Positions 53,695 through 61,825 of a DNA stretch of 64,000 nt are shown here, in pieces. The stretch is taken from positions 69,067-133,066 of the forward strand of contig JBAZUA010000004.1 in NCBI GenBank assembly GCA_041661645.1. The letters are read 5' to 3'. The notes under the pieces are model-generated. The model had not been told where the DNA came from. It searched no databases and worked only from the letters and a program-made list of their open reading frames with translations. Both the position numbers and the translations under genes were made by a program. Source of the stretch: Minisyncoccota bacterium (lineage in GTDB: Bacteria > Patescibacteriota > Minisyncoccia > Phycocordibacterales > UBA6065). Position 1 is the stretch's first letter, and each line of letters begins with the position of its first letter.

Positions 53695-53740
53695 GAAAAA
53701 GGGCAATCGTCCAATCGGTCGACGCCCTTTCTCGGTACGT
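53695..53740 (-). ncRNA. Candidate small structured RNA convergent on the DUF3800 gene
   Basis: Minus-strand TTGCAA-N16-TATAAT (53773-53746) followed by gaaagggcgtcgaccgattggacgattgccctttttc. Confidence 0.45.
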
Positions 53741-53838
53741 ATTGGATTATAACTTGGGGGAGGTTTTTTGCAAGTACTAAACACCCCAGGAGAGTGAGGT
53801 GTTTAGTATGGCTCTATATCTTGTGATATAGTGTTTCC

Positions 53839-54120
53839 ATGATAACGAGAGAGGACATAGAGAAGCTCGCGACCCTGTCGCGGCTCAAGCTTTCCGAGGA
53901 CGAGATAGCCCGATTCCAGGGCGAGATGTCCTCGATTTTGGCCTATGTGGACAAGCTGAAGGCCGTCACCGGCTCCGAGTCTGGTCCCGTCATGTCCGTC
54001 AATAGAAACGTCCTGCGCGAGGATGCGAATCCGAATCCGAGCGGGGCGTATACTCGAAAGCTCGTTGACCTCGCCCCTCAGCACGAGGGCGATCACGTCA
54101 AGGTGAAGAAAATACTTTAA
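53839..54120 (+). CDS. gatC: Asp/Glu-tRNA amidotransferase subunit C
   Basis: IEKLATLSRLKLSEDE..ILAYVDKL..NVLRED. Confidence 0.92.
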   Translation: MITREDIEKLATLSRLKLSEDEIARFQGEMSSILAYVDKLKAVTGSESGPVMSVNRNVLREDANPNPSGAYTRKLVDLAPQHEGDHVKVKKIL

Positions 54121-54137
54121 ACGTGCCGCATATTTTT

Positions 54138-55613
54138 ATGGATCTCACCAAACTCACCATCGTTCAAGCGCATGAAGGCCTCGTCAAGGGCGACTTTACC
54201 GCGCGACAGCTCGCCGAGGCGCATCTCAAGGCCATTGCGGAGAAAGACGGCACCATTGGCACTGATGATGTGGGCGTTCACGCCTATCTCGAGGTGTATG
54301 CCGACGTCCTTGCCCAGGCCGACGCAGCCCAGAAAAAAGTTTCTCCGGAAAATATGCTCGCAGGCATTCCGATCGCCATAAAGGACAACATCCTGATTGA
54401 CGGAAGGCGAGCGGGATCGGCCTCGAAAATCCTCGAGGGATATATCGCGCCTTACGATGCGACTGCCATAACTAAGTTAAAGGAAGCGGGAGCTGTCTTC
54501 ATCGGCCGCGTGAACATGGACGAGTTTGCCATGGGTGGGTCGACCGAGAACTCGGCGTATGGCGTCACCAGGAACCCTCGAGATCTTTCACGAGTGTCGG
54601 GCGGTTCTTCCGGCGGCTCGGCCGCTGCGGTCGCGGGCGACATGGCCATCGCCGCCCTCGGCTCGGACACCGGCGGATCTGTTCGCCAGCCGGCGAGCTA
54701 TTGCGGCGTGGTCGGGCTCAAGCCGACCTATGGATCGATCTCACGCCACGGCCTCATGGCTATGGGATCATCCCTCGACGTCATCGGCCCCGTCGCCAAG
54801 ACCGTCACTGACGCCGAGATCCTGTTCAATATCATGAAGGGTAAGGATGCCTATGACAGCACCTCTATAGACGTTGAGACGATTCGGGCAACGGCTGGCG
54901 CGGGCAGCATTGCCGGCGCTGATAAGAAGCCCGTTATCGGCGTACCTCGACATTTCCTGACGGGCGGGGGAATTGATGCTGCCGTCATGTCTGCCTTTGA
55001 CGCCTCTATCGAGAAATTCAAGGCGCTCGGCTTTGAGGTGAGGGATATCGAGCTTCCGAATATCGAGTACTCCCTCGCCGTCTATTACGTTCTCATGCCT
55101 GCCGAGGTCTCGACTAACCTGTCCCGATTCGATGGCGTGAAGTACGGCGCCCACAAGGATGGGGCGAACCTGACCGAGGACTATTTCCTGACTCGAGGCG
55201 AGGGCTTTGGCCGCGAGGCTCGTCGCCGCATCATGCTTGGCGCCTACGTTCTCTCGTCGGGATACTATGATGCCTATTACAACAAGGCGAACGCCGTGCG
55301 CGAGCTCATCAAAGCCGATTTCGCGAGGGCGTTCGCCGCTGACGGCTTTGGCGTCGATGCCATATTCACCCCAACCGCCCCTGCGCCTGCCTTCAAGATA
55401 GGCGAGAAGGTCTCTGACCCCGTCGCCATGTATCTCGAGGACATCTTTACCGTCACCGCGAACCTCATCGGCGCCCCGGCCATATCCATTCCCGCGGGCG
55501 AAAAGGAAGTCGACGGAAAGAAACTTCCCATTGGCATACAGCTCCTGGCCGCGGAGGGCAGGGAGGACACGCTTTTCACGCTCGGCAAGACTTTTCTCGG
55601 CGAAAAAGTATAA
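54138..55613 (+). CDS. gatA: Asp/Glu-tRNA amidotransferase subunit A
   Basis: IKDNI, NMDEFAMG, GGSSGGSAAAV, GSDTGGSVRQPA, RRIMLG.YVLSSGYYDAYY. Confidence 0.96.
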   Translation: MDLTKLTIVQAHEGLVKGDFTARQLAEAHLKAIAEKDGTIGTDDVGVHAYLEVYADVLAQADAAQKKVSPENMLAGIPIAIKDNILIDGRRAGSASKILEGYIAPYDATAITKLKEAGAVFIGRVNMDEFAMGGSTENSAYGVTRNPRDLSRVSGGSSGGSAAAVAGDMAIAALGSDTGGSVRQPASYCGVVGLKPTYGSISRHGLMAMGSSLDVIGPVAKTVTDAEILFNIMKGKDAYDSTSIDVETIRATAGAGSIAGADKKPVIGVPRHFLTGGGIDAAVMSAFDASIEKFKALGFEVRDIELPNIEYSLAVYYVLMPAEVSTNLSRFDGVKYGAHKDGANLTEDYFLTRGEGFGREARRRIMLGAYVLSSGYYDAYYNKANAVRELIKADFARAFAADGFGVDAIFTPTAPAPAFKIGEKVSDPVAMYLEDIFTVTANLIGAPAISIPAGEKEVDGKKLPIGIQLLAAEGREDTLFTLGKTFLGEKV

Positions 55614-55634
55614 AAGGTGTAGAATAGAGCGAGC

Positions 55635-56216
55635 ATGGACTCGATAAACTTCCTCAATCTCGAATACATATTCCTGCGCATAGCGGGCTTCTTCAAAGGC
55701 TTCGACATCGTCGCCATCCTCAACTCCATAATCAAGTTCATCGGCCTCATCACGCCTGTGGCCATCGTTGTCGCCCTCTTTCTTCTCTACGTCATCCTGT
55801 ACGCCTACATCCGACTGAAGAAGCTCGAGAAGGTCGAGGAGAAGAAATTCCACGCCCTGCGCTTTAGGGAGGTTTCTGCCGAGCACGGCAACGATCCCGT
55901 GCTCAACCAGAAGTGGATGCAGGTCGAGACCCACATCAACTCGACGAATCCGTCCGACTGGAGGCTTGCCATACTTGAGGCAGATATCATGCTGGGCGAT
56001 GTCCTGAACAAGATGGGGTATCAGGGCGATTCGATCGGCGAGCAGCTCAAAGGTGTTGAGGAGAGCGACTTCCTGACCCTTCAGGATGCCTGGGAGGCCC
56101 ACAGGGTCCGAAACCAGGTCGCCCATGAGGGAAGCGACTTTCAGCTGAACGAGAGGGATGCCAAGCGCATCATAGGCCTTTACAAGAAGGTTTTCAGCGA
56201 GTTTTTCTATATATAG
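55635..56216 (+). CDS. Membrane-anchored protein with a HEPN-like RNxxAH motif
   Basis: N-terminal TM; AILEADIML...AH.VRNQVAHEG. Confidence 0.7.
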   Translation: MDSINFLNLEYIFLRIAGFFKGFDIVAILNSIIKFIGLITPVAIVVALFLLYVILYAYIRLKKLEKVEEKKFHALRFREVSAEHGNDPVLNQKWMQVETHINSTNPSDWRLAILEADIMLGDVLNKMGYQGDSIGEQLKGVEESDFLTLQDAWEAHRVRNQVAHEGSDFQLNERDAKRIIGLYKKVFSEFFYI

Positions 56217-56277
56217 GGCTATCGCATCGCCGCCACTTGCGCCAAATTTTTAGGCGTTGTATACTAATCACCTCAAT

Positions 56278-56348
56278 AGCGGGGTAGAGCACCGGTAGCT
56301 CGACAGGCTCATAACCTGTAGGAGGTGGTTCAATTCCACCCCCCGCAA
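56278..56348 (+). tRNA. tRNA-Met(CAU), initiator-like
   Basis: agcgggg/ccccgca with a 1:72 mismatch; anticodon loop ctCATaa; terminator at 56359-56385. Confidence 0.88.
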
Positions 56349-56605
56349 CAAGTAAGTAAAACACCCCGACATTCGGGGTGTTTTCTTTGATCTGATGACG
56401 AGAGGGTGAAAATGACCCTTCCGACATTTTCCTCGACCGGAGAGATGCGGAAACGCCTGCTCGAGGCCGTCCTGTGACGGAGGGTCTTGCGGCCGCGTTT
56501 CCCGTGTGTTTGGTTGCTTCAAAATTATTGCAATTAGCATGTGCGAGAATTAAAATATCTTTGATACGCGGTCTTATTTATTAAAATTTCTTAAACAGAC
56601 AACGC

Positions 56606-58753
56606 ATGTTCAAGCACATCAAGAAGCGAGACGGTCGATCGGTGCCTTTCGACGCCGGGAAGATAGCCCAGGCAATCGAAAAGGCGGGCAAGGCAACGGG
56701 TGAATTCGATGGAAAGGTCGCCGCTGAGCTCGCAAAGAAGGCCATATCGCTCGCTTCCAAGAAGGTGGGGGACAGGACTCCCTCGGTCGAGGACCTGCAG
56801 GATGCCGTGGAAGAGGCTCTCATCTCCTCTCTTTACCACCAGACCGCCAAGGCATACATTCTCTATCGCGAACAACATGCGGCCATGCGTGCCTTCGCCA
56901 CGGCCTCGTCGCTCGACCTCATAGACAGCTATCTCGAGAAGCTCGACTGGCAGGTCAAGGAGAACAGCAATATGGGCTACTCCCTCCAGGGGCTCAACAA
57001 CTACATTTTTTCTGAGGTGAGCAAGACATACTGGCTCAACAAGGTCTATCCACAGAATATTCGTGCAGCATACGAGAGCGGAGACCTCCACATACACGAT
57101 CTCGGCACGCTTTCGGTCTATTGCGTGGGCTGGGATCTCATGGATCTCCTCACGGAGGGATTTCGCGGCGCGCCGGACAAGATAGAGTCTGCTCCGCCAA
57201 AGCATTTCCGTACGGCTTTGGGCCAGATGGTCAATTTCATGTATACCCTCCAGGGTGAGGCGGCCGGGGCGATCGCCTTCTCGAACTTCGACACCCTGCT
57301 CGCACCCTTTATTCGATTCGACAAGCTTTCGGCGAAAGAGGTCAAACAGTCCCTCCAGGAATTCATATTCAACATGAACGTGCCGACCCGCGTCGGCTTC
57401 CAGACGCCGTTCTCGAACATCACCCTTGACCTCACGCCGTCGCCTAACTTCAAGAAGCAGGGAGTCGTCATAGGCGGAAAGATAATGAAGGAGACATATG
57501 GCGAGTTCCAGCCGGAGATGGACGTGCTCAACTCCGCCCTCTTCGAGGTCATGGCCGAGGGAGATTCGGCGGGCCGCGTCTTCACCTTCCCGATCCCGAC
57601 CGTGAACGTCACCAAGGATTTCGATTGGGAGAATCCAAAGCTCAAGGGCCTTTGGGAGATCACCGCAAAATATGGCGTGCCGTATTTCAGCAATTTCATC
57701 AATTCGGACATGAAGCCCGAAGACACGCGATCCATGTGCTGCCGCCTCAGGCTCGACCTCGAGGAGCTCGACAGGAGAGGGGGAGGGCTCTTTGGCGCAA
57801 ACGCGCTCACCGGATCGGTCGGCGTGGTGACCATAAACCTGCCGCGACTGGCTTATATATCGAAGGACGGCGGCAAGGAGGAGTTCTTCCGCGTCATCGC
57901 CGAGAAGATGGACATAGCCAAGGAAAGCCTCGAGATCAAGCGTAAGATGCTCGAGCGCCTGACGGATGCCAATCTCTATCCATATACCAAGTTCTATCTG
58001 CGTAATATCAGGTCGGCATTCGGCGCATACTGGTATAACCACTTCTCGACCATCGGGCTCGTCGGCATGAACGAGGCCTCCCTGAACCTCATCGGCAAGG
58101 ACATCGGATCGGAGGATGGTCAGGCCTTCGCCGCGGAGACGCTCGATTTCATGAGGAAGCGACTCGTGGGCTATCAGAAGGAGACGGGAAACCTCTACAA
58201 TCTCGAGGCAACACCGGCCGAAGGCACGGCCTATCGCCTGGCCCTCAAGGACAAGAAGCTCTATCCGGACATCATCGTGGCGAACGAGGCCGAGTACAAG
58301 GATGGCGCGCAGCCGTTCTATACGAACTCGTCCCACCTGCCTGTCAATTATACGGACGATATCGTCGAGGCCCTGGACATTCAGGATAATCTCCAGACCA
58401 AATACACGGGAGGAACTGTCATCCATCTGTTCCTTGGCGAGAGGATCGCGGACGCGAGTGCCGTGCCGGGACTTGTCCGGAAGATCTGCGAGGGGTATAA
58501 GCTGCCATACTTCACCCTGACCCCTACGTTCAGCGTCTGCAGGTCGCACGGCTATATGGTCGGCGAGCATCATCTCTGCCAGACTTGTAAGGCCGAATGC
58601 GAGGTCTATTCGAGAGTCGTCGGGTATCTTCGTCCGGTGAGCCAGTGGAATTCAGGCAAGCAGGCCGAGTACAAGATGCGTGAGCTCTATGTCCCCGCGG
58701 TCGCCGGGGTCGACGCGCGAATCCTCGCGGGAGTCGGCGTCCTAGCCGAGTAA
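56606..58753 (+). CDS. nrdD: Anaerobic (class III) ribonucleoside-triphosphate reductase with ATP cone
   Basis: IKKRDG..FD..KI ATP cone; HIHDL; YCVGW; SMCCRL; EATPAEG; YSRVVGYLRP glycyl loop. Confidence 0.95.
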   Translation: MFKHIKKRDGRSVPFDAGKIAQAIEKAGKATGEFDGKVAAELAKKAISLASKKVGDRTPSVEDLQDAVEEALISSLYHQTAKAYILYREQHAAMRAFATASSLDLIDSYLEKLDWQVKENSNMGYSLQGLNNYIFSEVSKTYWLNKVYPQNIRAAYESGDLHIHDLGTLSVYCVGWDLMDLLTEGFRGAPDKIESAPPKHFRTALGQMVNFMYTLQGEAAGAIAFSNFDTLLAPFIRFDKLSAKEVKQSLQEFIFNMNVPTRVGFQTPFSNITLDLTPSPNFKKQGVVIGGKIMKETYGEFQPEMDVLNSALFEVMAEGDSAGRVFTFPIPTVNVTKDFDWENPKLKGLWEITAKYGVPYFSNFINSDMKPEDTRSMCCRLRLDLEELDRRGGGLFGANALTGSVGVVTINLPRLAYISKDGGKEEFFRVIAEKMDIAKESLEIKRKMLERLTDANLYPYTKFYLRNIRSAFGAYWYNHFSTIGLVGMNEASLNLIGKDIGSEDGQAFAAETLDFMRKRLVGYQKETGNLYNLEATPAEGTAYRLALKDKKLYPDIIVANEAEYKDGAQPFYTNSSHLPVNYTDDIVEALDIQDNLQTKYTGGTVIHLFLGERIADASAVPGLVRKICEGYKLPYFTLTPTFSVCRSHGYMVGEHHLCQTCKAECEVYSRVVGYLRPVSQWNSGKQAEYKMRELYVPAVAGVDARILAGVGVLAE

Positions 58754-58754
58754 C

Positions 58755-59441
58755 ATGGTCTTCGGAGGCTTCGAGAAATTCACCCTCATAGACTACCCGG
58801 GGAAGGTGGCCTGCATGGTCTATACCATCGGATGCAACTTCCGATGCCCGTATTGCCACAATCCGGAGCTTGTGGACGAGACGGTCGAGGTCCGCTATGG
58901 CGAGGAGGAGATATTGGCCTTCCTCGACAGGCGAAAGGGCATGATCGATGGCATTGTCATCACGGGCGGAGAGCCGACCATGCACGATGACCTCCTCGAT
59001 TTCATGAAGAAGGTTAAGGACAGGGGCTTTTTGGTGAAGCTCGATTCGAACGGCACTCGCCCCGCCATGATCAGGGAGGCCATAGACAGGAAGCTCGTGG
59101 ACTATATCGCCATGGACATGAAGGCGCCCCTGTCCCGCTACAGCCAGACCGTGGCACGACCCGTGGACACGGAGGCAATCGCGGAAAGCATTGCCCTCCT
59201 CATGTCCTCTCCCGTCGAGTACGAGTTTCGGACGACGGTCATCAAATCGCTCGTCTCGCCCGAGGAGATCGAGGAGATTGGCAGGGAGATCAAGGGGGCA
59301 AAACGTTACTATCTCCAGAAGTTCATCCCCACCAAGCTCCTGAACCCTCAGTTTCGCCGGAAGACCACCTACACCGACGAGGAGTTCGAGGGCTTTCGCA
59401 AGACCTTATCAGCCTATGTCGCCTATTGTGGAATACGATAA
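58755..59441 (+). CDS. nrdG: Class III RNR activating enzyme (radical SAM)
   Basis: GCNFRCPYCHNP, ITGGEPT, EFRTT. Confidence 0.93.
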   Translation: MVFGGFEKFTLIDYPGKVACMVYTIGCNFRCPYCHNPELVDETVEVRYGEEEILAFLDRRKGMIDGIVITGGEPTMHDDLLDFMKKVKDRGFLVKLDSNGTRPAMIREAIDRKLVDYIAMDMKAPLSRYSQTVARPVDTEAIAESIALLMSSPVEYEFRTTVIKSLVSPEEIEEIGREIKGAKRYYLQKFIPTKLLNPQFRRKTTYTDEEFEGFRKTLSAYVAYCGIR

Positions 59442-60624
59442 GACCATATATCTCGATCATGCTGCCACGACGCCCCTCGACCCCGAGGTGCTCGCCGTCA
59501 TGATGCCCTATTTCGACGGCCGATATGGCAACGCCTCTTCGATGTATGCGAGCGGCAGGAGGTCGGGACAGGTCCTGCGCGAGGCACGACAGGCAGTGGC
59601 GGAGATCCTGAACGCCCTGCCGGAGGAGATCATCTTCACGGGCTCGGGCACCGAAGCGGACAATATGGCCATTCTCGGCGTGGCTCGGGCCAATCGGACG
59701 GCCGGTGACCACATCATCATCTCGTCCATCGAGCACAAGGCCGTGACGGAATCGGCAAAGAAGCTCGAAAGGGAGGGTTTCTCGGTCAGCGTCTTGCCGG
59801 TGGGCAGGGACGGTCTGGTGAGCGTCGAGGCGTGCCTCGCCCTCATAACGTCTCGTACCACCCTCGTGTCGGTCATGTACGCCAACAACGAGATAGGGAC
59901 CATAGAGCCAATCAGGGAACTCGCGGACGCCGTGCGGAAGCTCAGGGGGGCGAATCCTTTCCCGCTCTTCCATACCGATGCCTGCCAGGCGGCAGGAGCC
60001 CTCTCTCTCGACGTTCAGGAGCTTGGGGTAGACCTCATGTCGCTCAATGGGTCAAAGATATACGGCCCCAAGGGCGTGGGGGCACTTTACAAGAAGAGGG
60101 GTGTGCGCATTGACCCCGTGATCGTCGGCGGGGAGCAGGAGATGAGCCTGCGGGCGGGGACGGAGAGCGTGCCTCTCATCGTCGGTTTTGCCGAGGCCCT
60201 GAAAAGGGCGGATGATGGGCGGGAAGGCGAATCACGGAGGCTATCTGTACTTCGGGACTATCTCATAGAGCGATTGCGGAAGGAAATTCCAGGGCTCGTG
60301 GTGAACGGTCATCTGGAGAAAAGGCTGCCAAATAACGTCCACGTCTCCATTCCGCACGTCGAGGGGGAGTCCATGCTCCTCATGCTCGACACGCATGGCA
60401 TAGAGGCAGGTACGGGATCGGCCTGCTCGGCCCATGACCTGAAGCCCTCGCATGTCCTCGCGGCCATAGGCCAGGATGCGGACCTCATGCACGGTAGTGT
60501 TCGCTTCTCCCTGGGCAAGCCCTCGACCAGGGAACAGATGGATCGCGTCATGGAGGTCTTTCCCGAGGTCGTGCGATACCTTACCAGCATATCGGCCCTG
60601 ACGGCCATAACATCAAAACGATGA
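59416..60624 (+). CDS. iscS: Cysteine desulfurase (IscS/NifS)
   Basis: YLDHAATTP, NNEIGTI, HTDACQA, KIYGPKG, GSACS. Confidence 0.93.
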   Translation: MSPIVEYDKTIYLDHAATTPLDPEVLAVMMPYFDGRYGNASSMYASGRRSGQVLREARQAVAEILNALPEEIIFTGSGTEADNMAILGVARANRTAGDHIIISSIEHKAVTESAKKLEREGFSVSVLPVGRDGLVSVEACLALITSRTTLVSVMYANNEIGTIEPIRELADAVRKLRGANPFPLFHTDACQAAGALSLDVQELGVDLMSLNGSKIYGPKGVGALYKKRGVRIDPVIVGGEQEMSLRAGTESVPLIVGFAEALKRADDGREGESRRLSVLRDYLIERLRKEIPGLVVNGHLEKRLPNNVHVSIPHVEGESMLLMLDTHGIEAGTGSACSAHDLKPSHVLAAIGQDADLMHGSVRFSLGKPSTREQMDRVMEVFPEVVRYLTSISALTAITSKR

Positions 60625-61073
60625 AAAAAGATCATACCGCCCATGCGACTACCTGTGACGTGCAGGACTGGCTCTACAGCGACATCGTCAAAGACCATTT
60701 CTTCAAGCCGCGCAACATCCTCTTGGACGAGGCCGGATACGAGGCTGACGGCGTGGGGGTGGTGGGGAGCCCCGCCTGCGGCGACATGATGGCCGTCTGG
60801 ATCAAGGTTGATCGCAAGGCGGGTACGATTTCCGAATGCAAATGGCGCACCTTTGGCTGTGCCTCGGCTATTGCATCGACGTCAATGATGTCGGTCATGG
60901 CGACCGAGAACGGCGGCATGTCGATAGCGCGGGCCAAGCGCATGACGCCCGAGGCGATCATCGACCGTCTCGGCGGACTGCCTGACAGGAAGTATCATTG
61001 CTCGGTTCTCGGACACTCGGCCCTGCGCGAGGCTATCTTGGATTATGAACAAACCCATGAAGCAAGAAACTAG
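60621..61073 (+). CDS. iscU: Fe-S scaffold IscU/NifU-N
   Basis: DHFFKPRN, GSPACGD, FGCASAIASTS, KYHCS. Confidence 0.92.
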   Translation: MKKDHTAHATTCDVQDWLYSDIVKDHFFKPRNILLDEAGYEADGVGVVGSPACGDMMAVWIKVDRKAGTISECKWRTFGCASAIASTSMMSVMATENGGMSIARAKRMTPEAIIDRLGGLPDRKYHCSVLGHSALREAILDYEQTHEARN

Positions 61074-61770
61074 GCTCAGGTACAGGGTTGTGCGGGTGAC
61101 GAAGGAGACCGAGGACGTCTCCACCCTTGACCTGGAGATTCCCGAGGGCGAGCTTCCGGCATACACGCCGGGTCAATATCTCACCGTATATTTTCCCGAA
61201 TCGGGCACTCCCGAGGGCAAGGCTTATACCATATCGAGCGCACCGTCCGAAAAGAGGTTTTCCTTAAGCGTGAAGGCCATGGGGGAGTTCTCTCACAGGC
61301 TTGTCTCGATGAGGCCGGGCGATACGGTGACGGCGTCGCTGCCCTATGGCTATTTCTATAGCGAATCGCAGGACGCGCCCCTCGTCATGATCGCGGGCGG
61401 CATCGGCGTGTCGCCCTTTCGGAGCATGATAGTGGACATCATGGGCAAGAATCCCGCTCGCAGGCTCCTCCTCCTCTATAGTGGCAGGACTCTCTCGTCC
61501 ATGGCTTTCAAGGGCACGTTTGATGAGCTGTCCCGAAGGAATCCGACATTCCAAGTCCGCTTTTTCGTGACGAGGGAGGAACCCGTCACGCCAGATGTGT
61601 CAGTGGGGAGGATAAACGGCAGGCGTATCCTCGAGGTCGCGGGCGACACGGCGCAGGCCGAATTCCTCATCTGTGGATCAATCCCGTTTGCCAGAGACCT
61701 ATGGCGAGAGCTAAAGTCCCTGGGCGTCCCCGAGGAAAATATGTATACAGAGGCCTTCTTCTCGCACTGA
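61057..61770 (+). CDS. FAD/NAD(P)-binding FNR-like oxidoreductase
   Basis: YTPGQY, AYTISS, GEFS, PYG, IAGGIGVSPF, ICGS, C-terminal EAF. Confidence 0.88.
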   Translation: MKQETRLRYRVVRVTKETEDVSTLDLEIPEGELPAYTPGQYLTVYFPESGTPEGKAYTISSAPSEKRFSLSVKAMGEFSHRLVSMRPGDTVTASLPYGYFYSESQDAPLVMIAGGIGVSPFRSMIVDIMGKNPARRLLLLYSGRTLSSMAFKGTFDELSRRNPTFQVRFFVTREEPVTPDVSVGRINGRRILEVAGDTAQAEFLICGSIPFARDLWRELKSLGVPEENMYTEAFFSH

Positions 61771-61825
61771 TCGGGCAAGGGGGAGGTGAGAAACTCCACA
61801 TTCTTTGTTATAATATTTCCACGCG

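Noticed and set aside
56390-56600. Riboswitch or NrdR box upstream of nrdD
   Set aside because: No convincing cobalamin-riboswitch or NrdR consensus seen by eye.
54768-58573. Long antisense ORFs (452 aa and 660 aa)
   Set aside because: They are shadows of gatA and nrdD produced by GC3-biased codon usage; no motifs.
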